From positions 119,126,626 through 119,190,625 of the forward strand of contig NC_058132.1 in assembly GCF_016433145.1 (NCBI RefSeq): a stretch of 64,000 nt of DNA. Reading direction: 5' to 3'. This DNA comes from Gracilinanus agilis (taxonomy: Eukaryota). Positions 39,004 through 51,655 of this stretch are shown piece by piece; within the stretch, counting starts at the first letter, position 1, and every line of letters starts with the position of its first letter. The notes under the pieces are model-generated. The model saw nothing but the letters and a program-made list of their open reading frames with translations. It ran no database searches and was not told the origin of the DNA. Both the position numbers and the translations under genes were made by a program.

Positions 39004-40032
39004 TTTTTTTTTGTTAAGAAAATTTTCATGGTTTCATTGAACAATTGACACATTGGATCATCTGAACAAATCAGTATCTGGCTGCACATGCAGCTACTGC
39101 TTTCTCCTTTGTTTCTTTGATTTACTAGAGGATCTTGTTAGTACATTAAAAAAAAGGCAACTTTTGGCATTACCTAGTCTTTCAAAGGCATGCGCTGGTA
39201 CAACACAAACTTCTCCTGTCAGATGCAGCTAGTCTTAACATCCAAACATCATGCACAACACACTCAAACAGTGATGCTGCCACTACCATGGTGTCTACCC
39301 ACCAAGGCCCTACAGGCTTATGTATGATATTTAGAGTGTTCAGAGGTGGATGGGGAGAGGAAGTGTGAATAATATTAGGAAGAGGAGAGAGAAGGGAAAA
39401 CAGTGGGTACCTTGGGAAAAGGAAGTTCAGCCAGAGTTGTGCAGCACTAGCCTGAACATGTCATTGGGGCAGACCCAAGCATCATTGATGTTCTTTAATA
39501 GAAATATCTAGTGGAATCCCATGATGGGGTCTTCATCAGTCTTTAGTTGTCCCACAACCATACTGAGAATACAGCTGTCAGGGGTGGGCTGGTGGTCCTG
39601 AGCTGTGATGCTTTGTTGTATTTTCTGAAATGGAAGGCTGGACAGTTTCTCCAAGATGGCTGCTTTGCCTTGGCATTGATGCCCTTCCCATGTAAGGCAA
39701 GATGCATCAATATATATTGTTACTAATTGTGTTCTACCATGATCAAATATCTGGTAATAATGTTGCACAAAGCTGGATCCAATCTGCTCCCAAATCGACT
39801 TGTCTCTCATTCTGGATCTTCACCTAGCATCAGAAACTGTAAAATGAGGGAATTGAATTAGAAGATGTTTAAGGTTCCTTCTGGCTCTTAAACTTTGAAA
39901 TTAATACTGGGCTCCTGGGCTAATAATGCTGGGGATTGAAGCCAAATGGGCTGGCATGATGGCAGTGGCAGTAGTGGTGGCAACCAAGTGCAGTCCCAGA
40001 TCAGTTGTCCCCCACCCCCCACTGTCCCTCTC
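39004..40032 (-). pseudogene. NUTF2: NUTF2 (NTF2) processed retrocopy in RB1 intron 12, antisense
   Basis: Intronless frame 39810..39427 (127 codons plus TGA) reads [20 protein letters not shown]...[32 protein letters not shown], with one premature TAG at 39508-39510. NUTF2-like 3' UTR ends in an A-tail (T9 at 39004-39012). Perfect 11-bp TSD AACATTCTGAC at 38993-39003 and 40033-40043. Confidence 0.96.
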
Positions 40033-40054
40033 AACATTCTGACATTTGATTCAC

Positions 40055-43010
40055 TTTTTTTAAAAAACATTTTTAATTTTTAAAAACCTTTTATTTTTTC
40101 AATTACACATAGAAAAAAATTTTGACAATTGTTTTCTGACATTTTTCAATTCAAATTCTCTCTCTCCTCTCTCCTTCTTACTCTCTGAGGTGGTAAATGA
40201 TCTGATATAATTTATACTAGTGCTTTCACATAATACATATTTTCATATTCCCTACATTGTGACAAAAGACATATCACACATACAATAAAAAACTCAAGAA
40301 GGAAATCAAACGAAAGATCGTGTTCTTTGATTTGCAATCAGATTCCAACAGTTCCTTCTTTGTCTGTGGATGGCATTTTTTTTATGAGTCCTTTGAGGTT
40401 ATTTTGGGACCTTGTTTTGCTGATAGTCATGTAGTCCTTCACAATTGATGATCTTACAATATTTCTGTTACTATATATACACTGTTCTGATTCTGTTCAC
40501 TTCATTTGGCATTAGCTCATCTGAGCCTTTCCAGGTTTTTCTAAATTCATCAAGTTCATTATTTCCTATATCACAATAGTATTCCTTTAATAACCATACT
40601 AGAATCAGTGGATATCCCCTCAGTTTCCAGTTCTTTGTCATTATAAAAAGAACTACTCAAAATATTTGTGTACAAGATGATCTTTTTCTTCCCCTATCTC
40701 TAATCTCTTTGAGATACAGACCTGGTAGTGGTATTGCTGTATCAGAGAGTATGCATAGTATTATGGCCTTTTGGGTGTGGTTCCATATTGCTCCAGAATG
40801 GTTATATCAATGTTCACAGTTCCATCACTAGTGTATTACTATCACAATTTTCCCACATCCTCTCCATTTGTCATTTTTCTTTTTTGTTGTATTAGCCAAT
40901 CTGTTGTTTTGTTGTATTAGCCAAATCTCAGATTTGTTTTATTTTTCATTTCTCTAATAAATAATGATTTGGATTTTTTCATATAACTATAGATAATTTT
41001 AATTTATTCACCTGAGAATTGCCTGTTTGACCATTTATCAATTGGAAAATATTTTATATCCTTATAAATTTGACTCCATTCTCTATATATTTGAGAAATG
41101 ACACCTTTGTCAGAGATGGCACTTGCTATAAAAAAATTTTTTTGTTGTAATTTTTTTCATTCCAAAATTTAAAAAACCAAATAAAACAAGCATTTACATA
41201 TACAAAGAAAAAGTACAAAAATGAAATCACAAATCTCTTTATATGTTTGGCTTACTTTTCTTTATATCCACATAATCAATTCTGTTTATAAGTGCCTCAA
41301 CTCCTCCTCACATCACCTGGGAGACCAACATATTCATATAAATTGTTTCATGTTTCAAGTTTCAGTTAACTTTCTGGAAGTAACATTCATAGTTTATTCT
41401 TCCAGTATTAATTCTGTACCCTTGTACTGTTCTCCTTGTTCTACTCCTTTCACTGTTCATTATAATCTCATGTAGTTCTTACCAAGTTTTTTGTTGTTTT
41501 TTTTTTTAAATCAGTCTGCTCATTGCTTCTTATGGTGCAGTAGTATTCCATTATAATTATATACCACAATTTATTTAGCCATTCCCCAATTGATGGGCAT
41601 CCCTTCAGTTTCCAGGTTTTTTTGTCATCACAAAGAGAGCTGCTATAAATATTTTGGAACATATAGGTTCTTTCCCCTTTTGCCTAATCATTGTGAGAAG
41701 CAGACCCAGCAATTCTAAAGATATACACAATTTTATAACTCTCTGAGTGTAATTCCAAATTCCTTTCCAAAATAGTTGGATTAATTCATACCTCCACCAA
41801 GTATTAGTATATATATTTTTCCAGATCACCTCCAACATTTGTCATTTTGCCCTTTTCATCACGTTAGCCAATCTGATGAATGTAAGATGATATCAGAGTC
41901 GTTTTGGTTTTCATATTTCTAATCTTTAGTGATTTAGAACATTTTTTCATATACCTATCTATGACTTTAATTTCTTCATCTGAAAATCTTTCATATCTTT
42001 TGCCCATTTATCAATTGGAGATGGCTCTTATTTTTATAAATCTGACAAAGTTCTCTATATATTTTAGATATGAGACCTATATTTGAGAGAGGCTATCTAT
42101 ACTTTTTTTTTCAAATTTTCTGTTTTCCTTCTAATCTTAATAGCATTTGTTTTATTTGTACAAATTTTTTCAACTTATTGTATTCAAAATTATCATTTTA
42201 CATTTCATAATGCTTTCCATTTCTCTTTGACTCATAAATTCCTCTCCTATCCATAAATCTATCTGTATGTGCTCTGTTCTTCTAATTTACTAGTGATATT
42301 TTTTATGTCTAGATCATGTATCCATTTTAATCTTTTCTTAGTGAGTGATACAGGATATTGATCTATACTTAGTTTCTGTCCAACTAGCTTCCAGTTATCC
42401 CAGTAATTTTTACCAAATAGTGATTTCTTATCCTAAAAACCTGTGTCTATGCTTTTTTCAAATACAAGATTTATAAGCTTTTACTGCTGTTGTATGTCTA
42501 TTCTTTTCCACTGATCTACCTTTCTATTTCTCAACCAGTACCAGATAGTTTCAATAATCACTGATTTATAATTTAAAATCTGTCACTGCTAGGCCTCCTT
42601 CCTTTGCATTTTCCCACTAATTCTTTTGATATTCTTGATCTTTTGTTCTTCTAAATGAATTTTGTTATTAATTTTTTAACTCAATAAAATAATTTTATGG
42701 CAACTTAATTGGGATAGATTAGTTTAGGTACATTTGTCATTTTAATTATATTGGCTCTGCCCGTTGATAACAATGATTATTTCTCCAATCATTTATATCT
42801 GACTTTGTGTAAAATTTGTTTTATGGTTATATTCATATGCTATGAAAATTTTTTCCCAATTTGTTGTTTCCCTTCTAATTTGGGTTACATTGGGCTTTTT
42901 TGTACAAAACCTTTTTAATTTGACATAATCAAAATTATCCATTTCATTTTTTATGTTCTTTACATCTTATTTGATCATAAATTCTTCTCTTATCCATAAG
43001 TCTGACCACA
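40055..43010 (-). mobile_element. Two nested L1 3' segments (ORF2 C-terminus plus 3' UTR)
   Basis: ORF track 41468..41662 contains GCPSIGEWLNKLWY (ORF2 C-terminus). The inner copy is bounded by tgctat(a/g)aaaatttttt at about 41124 and 42838. Confidence 0.85.
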
Positions 43011-43289
43011 TTTTTTCGTAAACTGCCCAAATGCATATTGCAATTTTTTTAGCACTATAAGTGGAATGTAGATACTTCATTTTATGCTGTAAAAAAGTGA
43101 AATTTTTTTAAAACAAAGATTCAATAGTAAAGTCTCTTGGTCTGATTTTTCTGTTTTGATCTTTAAGATAAATTACATAAAAATATCTGTTTTGTTGTTG
43201 TGACCCCTTCCCCATTTTGTGCTTCTTGACAAAGATGATGAAATAGTTAAAAGACTCATAAATTCAACAAACATTAAGTGCCAACTTTA

Positions 43290-43785
43290 TTCAGCATTTA
43301 GAAAAGACACAGCCCTTTACCTTTGTAACTTAATTCTCTCATAATTTATAATCCCACTCCTTTCTAGTTATCCTAGACCACTCCCTCCTTATTGATCCAG
43401 TGACACTGGCCTGCCTCCTTGTTTTTCCTTAGACAGGAAGATACTCCATCTCTGTCCACAAGGCATTTTCACTGGCTGCCTTTCATGCCCAGAATGTTTT
43501 CTCTCATCTCCACCTCCTAGTTTCTTTGGCTTCTTTCAAAACCCACCTAAAATCTTACTTTGTACAGGAAGGCTTTCCCAATCCCTCTTAATTCTAGTAC
43601 CTTCTCTCCATTAATTATTTCCTATTTATCCTGTTTAGAGTTTGTTCCTATATAGTTCTTTTCACATTGTTTCCCTGTGAACTCCATGAGGACAGTGACT
43701 ATCTATTGCCTTTCTTTGCATCCCCAGCATTTAACACAGGACCTGGCACATAGTAGTCACTTAATAAATGCTTAAGTAACTTCCC
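43290..43785 (+). mobile_element. L2 3' region
   Basis: Ends in acaggacctggcacatagtagtcacttaataaatgctt. Confidence 0.75.
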
Positions 43786-44098
43786 CCATAGAGATGACAA
43801 AATTCTAGATTGGGAAAAGCTACTAAGATAATTTGATTTTCATTTGTGTTTTATAGGATAAAATACAGTTCAGTTAAAAATATTTTCAAAGTGTCCCAAA
43901 TAATTTTTGATGGAATTGTTGATTAATCATGTGCTGCTTTCTTTATATGCTCTATCTTCTTGGTCATTAGTATTATTTAAATTTACTCAGTTTACATATT
44001 TATAAATATTACATAGTTTTTCTAAAAGAGCTTTTTCATCTTCAGAAAACATGAAAATAATTAAAGATATTATTTTTTCCTTTTGTTTTCCTTTAAAG

Positions 44099-44215
44099 AA
44101 TTGCACAGTCAATCCTAAAGAAAGTATCTTGAAAAGAGTAGAGAATATTGGATGCATCTTTAAAGAAAAATTTGCTGAAGCTGTGGGACAAGGTTGTGCA
44201 GAAATTGGGTCACAG
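44099..44215 (+). CDS. RB1: RB1 exon 13 (117 nt), [39 protein letters not shown]
   Basis: ttaaag|AATTGC...TCACAG|gtaaca. Also visible inside ORF 44051..44275. Confidence 0.98.
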
Positions 44216-45474
44216 GTAACAATCCAATTTGTCTTTTTGTCCTCACCACCTAACAGAATGCCTACCACACTGTAGGTATTTAATAAATACTTATTTATTA
44301 GTTAATACTACCAGTAAAGCTTATTAATCCATTTTTCTTTTATTAAAGAAGTATAATGCACATATTGAATCTTTATCAAATTCTCAGGAAGGAGGGAGCA
44401 GTGAGGAAAAGAGAGTGAGGAGGAGGAAAAGAATTTGGAACTCAAAATTAAAAAAAAATGAATGTTAAGAAACTGTACATATAATTGGGAAAAATAATTT
44501 TAAAAATAAGTGTAATTTAAAGTAATTCTCAGTTATCTTCCTCTCTTGACCTCTGCTGACTAAATACCTTACTTTGAGGCTTTAATCAGAAAATCAGACA
44601 GTTGGAATCCAGTATATTTGTATATTTGTCTGTTTTGGACCTGTGTAGATGTCATAAAAATCTAGGCTAGAAGTCAGGAAATTTGGAATCTAGGAATTAC
44701 TTCAACATTAATTAGTTTTGTGATTGAACATGTCTTAAATGCACTGAGATTCATTTTCTTCCTTTATTAAATGAGGGTGACAGTTATACAGGACTATTTG
44801 GTGGAGTAAGATACATGTATTCTTAAAGTCTTGGAAAGCATGAAGTACAGTCTGTATGTAAGAGGCCATGATTTCAGAGTCGGGAGATTTGATTATATTT
44901 TCTGTCCCTTACTCATAACTTTTACAAAATAATAATGGTAAGTGCTCCAAGGTGAAAATGTATAGTATTTATGTTTACTTTTTAGAATAATGAGATATAC
45001 TGTGCGTTTTTCTGTCCCATAAAAAACTTGGCTACTCTCAACCAGTTCATCAGGGTATTAATAAGGGCAAAAAAAAACAATACCCCCAGGTTCAAACCTT
45101 ATATATGCTAGTTGATTCTGATCTGTTTCATAACCAACACCTGCCCTCCTCATTCTACCCATTTGTTTTATAAGTGGCTACCTGGTAGATCAGTAAGAGA
45201 ACAGAAAACTATCAGTACAAATCTACTAATACTAGTGATAGCACAATAAAATATGTTCTGTTGATATTGGGTTCAAAACATGATTTTTGTATATGAAGAA
45301 CACTATGTTATTTTTTAGTTTTTCTGCTTTTAGCTTTCATAATCCATTGGCAGCTCTGTTTCTGTGAGTGGTCTTCAGTGAATTCCAAAATAAGATTAAG
45401 TGCAATCTTTTCTGTGTTATTTATAAAACAGTGCTGTCTTATACTTTTTTGTGTTTGTATGTGTTTTTTAAAAG

Positions 45475-45531
45475 AGATACAAACTTGGAGTGCGATTATA
45501 CTACAGAGTAATGGAATCTATGCTCAAATCA
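45475..45531 (+). CDS. RB1: RB1 exon 14 (57 nt), RYKLGVRLYYRVMESMLKS
   Basis: aaaag|AGATAC...AAATCA|gtaagt. Peptide identical to recalled human exon 14. Confidence 0.98.
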
Positions 45532-47399
45532 GTAAGTAAAAACTATTAGAATTGAAATCTATTCTATCTAATATTATTCTCTCCTAACACTGTCTATAAT
45601 TTACTTGCTGCTCTCTCACCATTCTCAAAAACTTTTGTTTGCCTTTTTCTCTTTACTTCTGCCATCATACTTAAAGATTTCATCATTTATAACACTTCTT
45701 CTAAGACATAGTTCCACATAATTCCCTGAGCTGTTTAATTCCCATAACCTCTATCTCCTTTCTCTTTCAGAGACCTAAAACATAGTCATAGTTACACCTC
45801 AACGTTTAAGATTGTTCCACTTTCAAGACTGTGAACTTTGAAGTTCTCTTTGAACATTTGCTTCTCATATCACTTACCTTTTCCAAATCTACTTTTTCAC
45901 CCATACTATGGTATTTGGCCTTTTCTTCTATCTCCTCCTCTCTTACCATTATTGTTCTGCTCTCATTGACTGTTAAAAGTTCAAATGTAGTTTTAAAAAA
46001 AAGACCTAATTTAAAATTTTATCTCTAGAGAAGTTACCTCTAAGTTACTGGCAAGAATGCCATTGAGTTCATCAAGAACAATAAAGACTTGAAGATCTTC
46101 GTTTTTGAAAATGTGGAGAAAAGGGAAACATTTTGCAGTGACTGGAATACATTAGAATTGTATTTTTGAAGCAGTCTAATAACTTATCAATACTCAAAGT
46201 ATCAATTTTTTCTCTTCTCTAAGTGAAAATTAAATGATTCTTGAAGAACATTTCCGTATTTTGTTTAGCAGAGAGAATACAATGTTCCTTAAAAGGCAAA
46301 TGAAAAACAAATAATAACACCCCCCAAAAAAACCCACAAAGAAAAGTTTCAATATCACAACAAAAACAGAAAAAAATTCACTAAAAATTCAGAGCAGGAC
46401 CATGACCTATTTTATGCTGTCAAATAGAAGAATGTGTTACAAGGGAAAGGGGAGAACTATCTCTTACTTGGGCCTGATTAAAATATGAGCCTGTTCCTGA
46501 AGAGGTGGAAACTGGACTTTCTGAGGTACAAGGTGCAAAGAAAGATAATATGGTGTCAGGTAAAGAGATCATCCATGAAAGGACAGAGGAAGAATAGAAA
46601 AGTTGACATCTTGCTTAGGAAGTACTCCATATTATTTGTCAACTTAACATTTGAGAGGTCTTCCTGCTGCCTTCCTGGGCATGCAGTCAATCACTAAGTA
46701 TTTATTAAGTGCCTCCTATGTGCCAAGCAGTGTGCTGAGTGCTGGGGATAAAAATAAAGGCAAAAACAGTGCAGGATACAATGGAAAATATTTCTCATGA
46801 TCTTATTGTACGAGATGATTACTGCCTATATTTTTGGTGGTTCTTGTAAGCATTCATGATACTACTAAAAGAAATCTAGAAATCGCTGCTAAGAAATTTG
46901 AAATATTAGGTAATAAAGAGAAGACCTTTTGTTATTCAGAAGAGACAAGTGGATTTGGGAAATAAACAACTGACCAAGAACATGTTGTCTGAAGGTGCAA
47001 TTTGGAATTCTGGACCACATGTTAAAATAAAAGAACAATAGATTCCTGGCTAGGGATAGATTTGGAAAATCTAATCAAAAGGACTTTAAAGTGAAAAAGG
47101 AAGAGGTAAAAAACTGCCTTTTGTATATCCATCATGTTTGACACCATGGAAAATAGTTACTGTAAAACTAATGTTCTTCGTTTATGGTTGATTCTATATA
47201 TGGATGGATGGATCCACTATAATCTGCAAAGATTTGACACCACCTACCATCTGGTCCAGACTAAATAGATTTGAGCCTCAGTCCTTCCAAAGGGGTGAGG
47301 TGAAGACAAGACTTCTGGTTTTCTTATATTTGATAAATTTTAGTGGCTAGACAAAAATGTTTGTCTAGAAATCTGTCCAAAAACATAAACACATTTCTA

Positions 47400-48300
47400 A
47401 AATTTAACTCATTCTCTTCTCTACAGAAACTGCCTTACTCTTGGTTTCAGAGAGTAATGCCATTGTAACTGTCCCCCCCAGGTTTTAAGCCTTGAAGTCA
47501 TTTTTAACTCTTCTCTTTCCTTTATCCCACACAATCATTCTCTTGTCCTGTTGAGATTTCTGTCATTCATCTTTTTTCATTCTCACTGCAGATACCCTAG
47601 TTAAGGCATTCAGCATCTCTGTAAAAGCCTCCTCACTGGTTATTCTTCTTGTATCTCTTCTCACTAGACTACCTTTTACAACACTAACTTCTTAGTTTGT
47701 TTTTAGAACACTACTCCAATGATGTCACTCTTCTATCCAAAAACATTTACTGGCCTACTGTTGCCTACTAAAATAGAATATAAGGGTCTTATTCTGGTTT
47801 ATAAAGCACATGGCCTTTTGAACCCAATCTAGAGTTCAACCTTATTGAACTCTACTCATGTCATGCACTCTCTTATTGCAGCCAGGTTGTACTAATTACC
47901 ACCCCTCATTGTGGTCCTGGTCTTTCCAATTGCTATGCTTTTGTTTATAGCATACTCCATCTCTGGAACACACTTTTTTCCCTTTACCCTCTATTCCTGC
48001 CCTCCAGCCCCCACTCCACACCCCCATCTCTGCCTTTTGGTATCTTTTCCATTGAGACTCAAGTGTCACCTCCCTCAGATCACCCAGACAGAAGTGATTA
48101 TTTCCTCTTCAAAATTCACGTGGTATTTTATGTAGACCCCTTTTTTAGTGTTATCACAATTTCTCTTGCAATAGTTATTTTTGTATTTGTCTAATTTGTT
48201 TTTAAGCTCTTTCAGATCAAGCAGGGAATCTTATTTCATCTTTATATTTCCCTGCCCCTGGCAGAATGCCTTAACTCATAGGTGTTAATAAATATTTGTT
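47400..48300 (+). mobile_element. L2 fragment in intron 14
   Basis: Pyrimidine-rich body ending in gcagaatgccttaactcataggtgttaataaatatttgtt. Confidence 0.65.
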
Positions 48301-48373
48301 AAAATGAATATCATTCAATACTATAATGTAAAAAGTTCCAAATTACATTGTTTTGTTTTGTTTTTTGTTTTAG

Positions 48374-48405
48374 GAAGAAGAGCGTTTATCTATTCAAAAC
48401 TTCAG
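48374..48405 (+). CDS. RB1: RB1 exon 15 (32 nt), EEERLSIQNF
   Basis: ttttag|GAAGAA...TTCAG|gtgaat. Followed by a 99-nt intron, short as in human. Confidence 0.96.
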
Positions 48406-48504
48406 GTGAATTTTCTTAACTTAAGTTCAAACTTCCCCCCCCCCCCTTTTTTTTTTTTTTTTGTTAAACAAAAAGGAATGTTTTCATCCCTTTCTTTTTT
48501 TCAG

Positions 48505-48581
48505 CAAACTTCTGAATGATAAAATCTTCCATACATCTCTATTGGCTTGTGCTGTCGAGGTTGTAATGGCCACATATGGCA
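48505..48581 (+). CDS. RB1: RB1 exon 16 (77 nt), [25 protein letters not shown]
   Basis: tttcag|CAAACT...ATGGCA|gtaagt. SLLACA-EVVMATY motif. Confidence 0.97.
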
Positions 48582-49018
48582 GTAAGTCTACTTTGTAATT
48601 AAACTCTTTTTTTATTAGATTGAGAATTTATAAGAGATTGCAATCTACTTTTTGTTATTGTTTCTTATTAACAGATTAATATTTTTAGTCAGATCTATAT
48701 TTATGAATAACACCTGAATAGAAAATTTATTTAAGGGACTAATGGTCTGAATTATTTAAGTATACTTTGGGCTCCTAAGACTAGGCATGCTGAATTTATG
48801 AGTTAGCAGTTTTTTTAACTCCTCGAGAGACCTTTGACAATGCAAAATCTTAAAAAAACTCAAGTCAAACCAGGTTGTTTGTTTTGGAAGAAGCTCCATG
48901 CAGTTTCTGTAGGAGGGAGTATCCTTCATATGGCATGGCAGGAGGCAAAATTCTTCAATGTTATCAATGAAATTAGAATTGTTTTCCAAATTTTTATTAT
49001 TTCATTCATGCTCTACCT

Positions 49019-49245
49019 CAGTGGTTCCCAAACTTTTTTGGCCTACCGCCCCCTTCCCAGAAAAAATATTACTTATTGCCCCCTGGAAATTAGTTTTTTT
49101 TTTAAATTTTAATAACAATTAATAGGAAAGATATATGTATTAATGTTTCTACCTTTTTCATAAAATGCACCTGTGGCCATCATCACTTCCCTGGATTGCT
49201 GCAGCACCCACCAGGGGGCGGTGGCATCCACTTTGGGAATCACTG
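49019..49245. mobile_element. hAT (Charlie-class) non-autonomous DNA transposon, 227 bp
   Basis: TIRs CAGTGGTTCCCAAA / TTTGGGAATCACTG; perfect 8-bp TSD CTCTACCT at 49011-49018 and 49246-49253. Confidence 0.93.
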
Positions 49246-49254
49246 CTCTACCTA

Positions 49255-50300
49255 AACACGCTTTTCATTCTTTTTTCCTTCCTGATGTCCTTGTAGCTTT
49301 TGACATTATTGATAGCTCCCTCCTTTTACAACAGGGGTTCTTCATCTATTTTTTGTTATATACTATTTTGCTAGTATAGTAAAGCATATTCTCTTTCTTA
49401 GAATGTTTTTAAATGCTTTAAATTCACAGGATTACAAAGGAATATAGTTATAAAAATATATTAAAAAGTAAGTTGACAAACCCCAAGAACCGCTTTCTAA
49501 ATATTATCTTTTCTGGGTTTTCATAACCTTAATTTCTCTGAATTCTTTTTTTGCCAGCTTGACTGTTCCTTTTCAGTCTCCTTTGTAGGTTCATCATTTA
49601 TTTCCCTACATCTTCCTTTTTTGAGGGTGTACCTTAGGACTCTGTCTTGAGCCCTCTTCTCTTTTTATACTTTATTCTTTGTTATCTCAACTCTCAAGAA
49701 TTCAGTTATTTCTATGCACCTGATCCCTAAGTTTATGCCTGGTCCCCATTTCTCTCCCGAGCTCCTTGTTCTTCATTGAGTGCTTCTCTACCTAAATGTC
49801 CCTTAGACAGCTCAAACTCAATCTATTTAAAAGAAAACTTTTCCATTCCCTTCCTCTTTCTCCTTTTCCTCTGCCACCCTGAATCTCTCCCTCTTCAAAA
49901 TTTTTCTCTTTCTGATGAAGGCACCAACATTTTTCCATTAATGCAGGTTCACATAACCTCAGAGTCATCTTGGTTCTGTGATGTTGTTTACCTTCTTTAT
50001 CCTCCTCTCCTCTTTCTAATCAGTTGCCAAGTATTATTATTAATTATACTTCCATAGTATATCTTGAATCTGTCAAATTCTCTCTCTCTCCTCACAATAT
50101 AACCACCCCATTTTAGACTATCTCTTTCCTAGATTGTTGTGATGATCTTTTTAGTGGTTTCTCTGCATCTAGCCCCCTCCCCTCTCCACTCCATCCACAC
50201 AATTGTTCAGTTCATCTTCCCAAAGCACATGACCTTGCAATTTGCTTTTCTTTTCCTACTCTCTGAAAAATACTTTACACTTTTTTGGGGGGTCCAAACT
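49255..50300 (+). mobile_element. L2 ORF2 body in intron 16
   Basis: gtagcttttgacattattgatagctccctcc (AFD motif), gtaccttaggactctgtcttgagccctcttctc (VPQGS-like motif). Confidence 0.7.
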
Positions 50301-50752
50301 TTTTATTTCATTGGTTCAGGGACCTCCAGGCAATGAACCTAAGATAGCCAGATAGTACAGTGCAAAGAGAGCAGGTCTTGGAGTCAGGAAGACTTTTGTT
50401 CAGTTAAGTTTAGATACCGTGCCCCTGAGCATGTTATTTTACCTCTGTTTGCCTCAGTTTCCTCACTTGTAAAATAAAGGCAAAAATAGCACTTACCTCC
50501 TAGAGCTGTTGTGAGGACTAAGGGAAATAATATATCAAATATTTTGCAAATCCTAAAGTGATTTAGAAATGCTAACTATAATTAATATTATGATTAACCT
50601 ACAAATACAAATCATTAAAAGTTTTGTAACTTAAAGTCTTTAATGAGTTGATTCAGTTTGCTCTTTTGTAAATGAGAATTGGACTAATTAGCTTCTATGG
50701 TTCTTTCCAGCTCTAAATCCATGTTTCTGTTATTTTGTATTATATAAATAAC

Positions 50753-50796
<44 letters not shown>
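50753..50796. repeat. Compound microsatellite (TA)n(CA)n
   Basis: Read directly from the sequence. Confidence 0.95.
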
Positions 50797-51655
50797 AACA
50801 TACATACACTTTGAATATACATAACTCTGTACATGTTATTTCTCCCTGGTAATCTCTTATTAGCACATAGCACAGTGCCTGACACATAGTAGATATCCAA
50901 CAGATGGTTACTAAATTTGTTTGACAGTTTTGCTGAATTAAATTTTTTTAGTTTATATTATTCAACCAGCCTTATCTTATTTTACTTTTCCTCATGCAGT
51001 TTCAGCCAACTTGAACTACTTTGTTATCCCTTGACCATGTTTTCCTGCATTTGTATCTTTGTTCACATTATTCTTTGTGCCTAGAATGACCTTCTTCCAT
51101 CTCTGCTTGTTTAAATCCTGTCTAGTTCAAATGTGACCTATTCTTTGAAATTTTCCTTGAATACCTATAGCTAGAAGTGAGCTCTCTCTTCTTTGAGTTC
51201 TTATAACATCTTATTGTACTTTTCTTCTGAAATTTCTTCTGTTTTTCATAATAATTGCACACTTATCTAATCTCCCTTAGGTACTAGGTAATGTCTAATA
51301 AACAGCAGATATTTATATCAATTCTTTGAATGAATTATTGTTAATGAATGAAGTGGAATTTTTAGATAATGGTGCCAAGAAATAACTCAAGGCCTATACA
51401 TAAGTTTTAGTGATTCTCAAACTTTATTAACTCTAGACTCCTAATTTTCACATTTTTTATTTTAGTAGAATTTTGCTACTTCATTTCCTAGAGCAATAAA
51501 TAAATACCTTAATCTAGTATAGACTAGGTTTTGAGCCTAAGGTTTATTTATTTTTTATTTTATTTTATTTATATTATATATTTGTTTTTTAGCAATTTTA
51601 TTTATTTTTTAACAATTCACATATAAATCTAGTTTTTTTTTTCTTTTACTTTTAG

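Noticed and set aside
41468-41838. ORFs 41468..41662, 41605..41838, 55999..56232 and 56695..56880 as host genes
   Set aside because: They are broken L1 ORF2 and ORF1 remnants.
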